From Proteromonas lacertae (taxonomy: Eukaryota): a stretch of 64,000 nt of DNA. Location: positions 1 to 64,000 of the forward strand of contig NGBS01000018.1 of assembly GCA_002245135.1 (NCBI GenBank), given 5' to 3'. Positions within the stretch are counted from its first letter, which is position 1. Each line of letters opens with the position of its first letter. The position numbers and the translations under genes are program-made. The notes beneath the pieces are model-generated. The model saw nothing but the letters and a program-made list of their open reading frames with translations. It ran no database searches and was not told the origin of the DNA. Positions 61,588 to 64,000 of this stretch are shown piece by piece.

Positions 61588-63506
61588 TTATAAGCACATT
61601 TTGAAATTTTGTATTTCTTTACTTAAAACATAAGATACTACTACAAACTGATTCTAAAGAATAATATAATAGAATTAATACCAACACCATTTTCATATCT
61701 TCATTTATTTCACTTTTACCATAAAGATTCTGTAATTCTTCAATACGATATTTTTCACAGTGAGCTAATAATAATTTAATTTCAATATCATTTTTTGAAT
61801 CTTTATCAGCATAATTTGATGCTTCTTTCAATGCTTTCAACGCTTCATCATATATTTTCTAGCTCAAAATTATAAAAGTAAATACAAGTTCTATATAATT
61901 CATTCCCAATATTTTATATAATTCGCATTTATCATATTCATCACAATTATCAGTGTGTTTTTTTGCTTCATTAAGCGCCTCAGTTGCTTGTATGTATTGA
62001 TCTAAATAGTAATAACATAATCCAATTCCTCTAAATATTGAGTAAACTCCTGAATCACTAATACCATTATTAATAGAATCTTTTGCTAAGAGTAATGGTG
62101 GTAATGCTTCTTTATACTGATTCTATTGACAAATAGCTTAATATGATACTTGATAAAGATAAGCCATGCCAATTAATCTATTAGCTTCACATATTTCTTC
62201 ATCAGTCTCAGCTAATTTCTTTGCTATATTCAATTCTTTAATTCCTTCTTCAAGTTTTAGCTATATCTTCTATAAAATAAAATATACTAAACCTAGCAGT
62301 GAATGGCCTTTCATCAAATGAACTTTACTCTTTTGATTATCACTTGAACTATCTGCCACTTTCAATGCTTTTTCACTTGCATCTAATGCGGAACTATAGT
62401 TATGCTATTGTAATAATGTGATTTAAAAACAATATATACTTGTATTAGATATGAAAAAGATATAAAAGTATGACTTAAACATACATCTTCATCATCATTT
62501 GTGTATTGTAGCGATTTCTCCAAATATTCTCTTCCCATTTCAAATTGTTTCTATTAATAATAGTGTTAGAGAAATATAAATACAAGAAACATATATAATT
62601 GTCCCATATATCGATTTACTAAATACAATTCAGAATCATCAACACCATCTATATGAGTTAGTGCTTTTCCGTAAGATTTGATGGAATCTTCATAATTTGA
62701 CTATTATTGTTACACAAATCAAATCATATTTGAATATTATATTATACTACATCATAATATATCCTTCCCATTGATTTATATATGTCAAACACTACAGCAT
62801 CATCAAAACCTTCAGTATATTTTAATGATTCTGTATATGCTTCTAATGCTTCATTATTTTTATCCTATATTATTTAATATATCTATAATAATACTTCATT
62901 ATAACATATATTTCCTAACAGCATATATACTTTCAGCTTGAATACATTTTTATAATTTGTGATAAATTTGACTAATTCTCTTAATAAAACTAAAGCTTCT
63001 TCATTACAATCCTATAAATATAAGTTGACATTCATACTAATTGATGTTTACATAAGGCTTTCATATATTTTATTTGAATTTTATCATCATCATTATCAGA
63101 ATATTTCAATGCTTCATCTAAATGAGCTAGAGCTTCTTCTCTTTTATTCTAATAAACTTTAAATCAACTAATATACCATAGCAATTTTACAGTTACTTAA
63201 ACAATAGAAGTAATTACTTTTTTCCGATTCACTTTTCATAATTTTCTTCATTTCCCCTAAATATTTCAAAGCTTCTTCAAAATTCTCCAATTTTAAATAG
63301 CACAACTGTATTAAGTTAAAAACTCCATATTTTTCTGATTTGCATGTGCAATTAGGCAAAGATCTTTCGCATAGCGATATTGCTTCTTCATATTCACCGC
63401 TGGAGTATGATTTATCTGCTTCAGTCGTCAATATTTCATATGTCTAAACACAATAATTTTTGAAAATATATGTAATTACCTCATTTGCACTTTGAGTACA
63501 TCCCAT
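61588..63506 (-). CDS. Multi-exon TPR-repeat protein with N-terminal MGCTQS
   Basis: Repeated TPR-like units (YEEAISLCERSL, FEEALKYL, EALEAYTESL, GICYYYLDQY-like); about ten short introns. Confidence 0.8.
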
Positions 63507-63598
63507 TCTTAGTGTAAAATCAGAAAAACGGTATTTGGTGTGTGAAAATATTTTTCATTAACCAATTCCAAAAATATAAAAAATGTAAAAAATAATAT

Positions 63599-64000
63599 TT
63601 ATTGAGTATTACTACTACCACCACTTCCAGCACCAGCACCTGCTCCACCATTATTCTGTCCATTCAACATACCTCCCATCATATTTAAGAATTCTGGATT
63701 TTGCATTGCACTAGTAGCCATATTCATTAAATCTGGGTTTTGCATAAGATTCTGAGCAACTGATCTTATAGCAGGGTTGTTCAATAAATCACCTAAACCT
63801 CCTAATCCACCTAATCCACCTAAATTATCTAAATTTGGAATATTAGGGATTCCACCACCTGTAGCTCCACCATTTTCACTTTTTCTTTTGTCTTTTACTT
63901 CATTCAATAAATTCTTCACCTCATTATTCTCAGAATCTAATCTTTTAGCTCTTTCAAGGCACTCTTCAGCATCTGCATATTTCTTTTCATACATGTAAGC
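63599..64000 (-). CDS. SGTA/Sgt2-like co-chaperone C-terminus (TPR + STI1-like); 5' part outside the window
   Basis: YADAEECLERAKRLDSENNEVKNLL, then GGL repeats and LLNNPAIRSVAQNLMQNPDLMNMATSAMQNP. Confidence 0.75.
   Translation of the reverse strand, partial: AYMYEKKYADAEECLERAKRLDSENNEVKNLLNEVKDKRKSENGGATGGGIPNIPNLDNLGGLGGLGGLGDLLNNPAIRSVAQNLMQNPDLMNMATSAMQNPEFLNMMGGMLNGQNNGGAGAGAGSGGSSNTQ

Noticed and set aside
409..63998. Numerous 60-136 aa antisense or alternative-frame ORFs in the track
   Set aside because: Shadow ORFs overlapping well-supported genes, with low-complexity composition and no motifs.
1..64000. Stop codons created by polyadenylation, as described for some Blastocystis
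   Set aside because: Every gene whose 3' end I could trace has a genomic TAA, TAG or TGA.

Overview
Gene-dense, very AT-rich eukaryotic (protist) nuclear DNA. It has many ~25-45 nt GT-AG introns, short intergenic spacers and Ig-like (He_PIG-type) single-pass surface proteins. This profile suggests a Blastocystis/Opalinata-like stramenopile, but that is inference and is not proven. About 27 protein genes are recognisable, including a dynein heavy chain 3' half, Ariadne RBR ligase, H2B, GH38 mannosidase, TMEM115, kinase-LRR, RLP24, FBF1-like, VPS4-like, CFAP97-like, RidA, SGF29-like, LC8, a two-pore channel, a BEACH protein, FRA10AC1 and TPR proteins. Scattered single-base frameshifts, several in homopolymers, look like assembly errors. 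Main findings: (1) a U12 minor-spliceosome snRNA gene (32553-32700, -) and four 58-67 nt AT-starting U12-type introns (two AT-AC, two AT-AA) that share a non-canonical ATATC(A/T)T donor and a TC(T/C)TTAA(T/C) branch site; (2) a tandem duplication of a Crinkler/RHS-like double P-loop NTPase gene with a removable SPRY-like header and patchy hypervariable blocks; (3) a 1159 bp non-autonomous hAT transposon with TIRs and an 8 bp TSD; (4) an H2B with a C-terminal tail and a histone 3' stem-loop; (5) an OTU-RING-PHD fusion and several ciliary-type genes. All calls come from reading the sequence by eye; no database searches were run.
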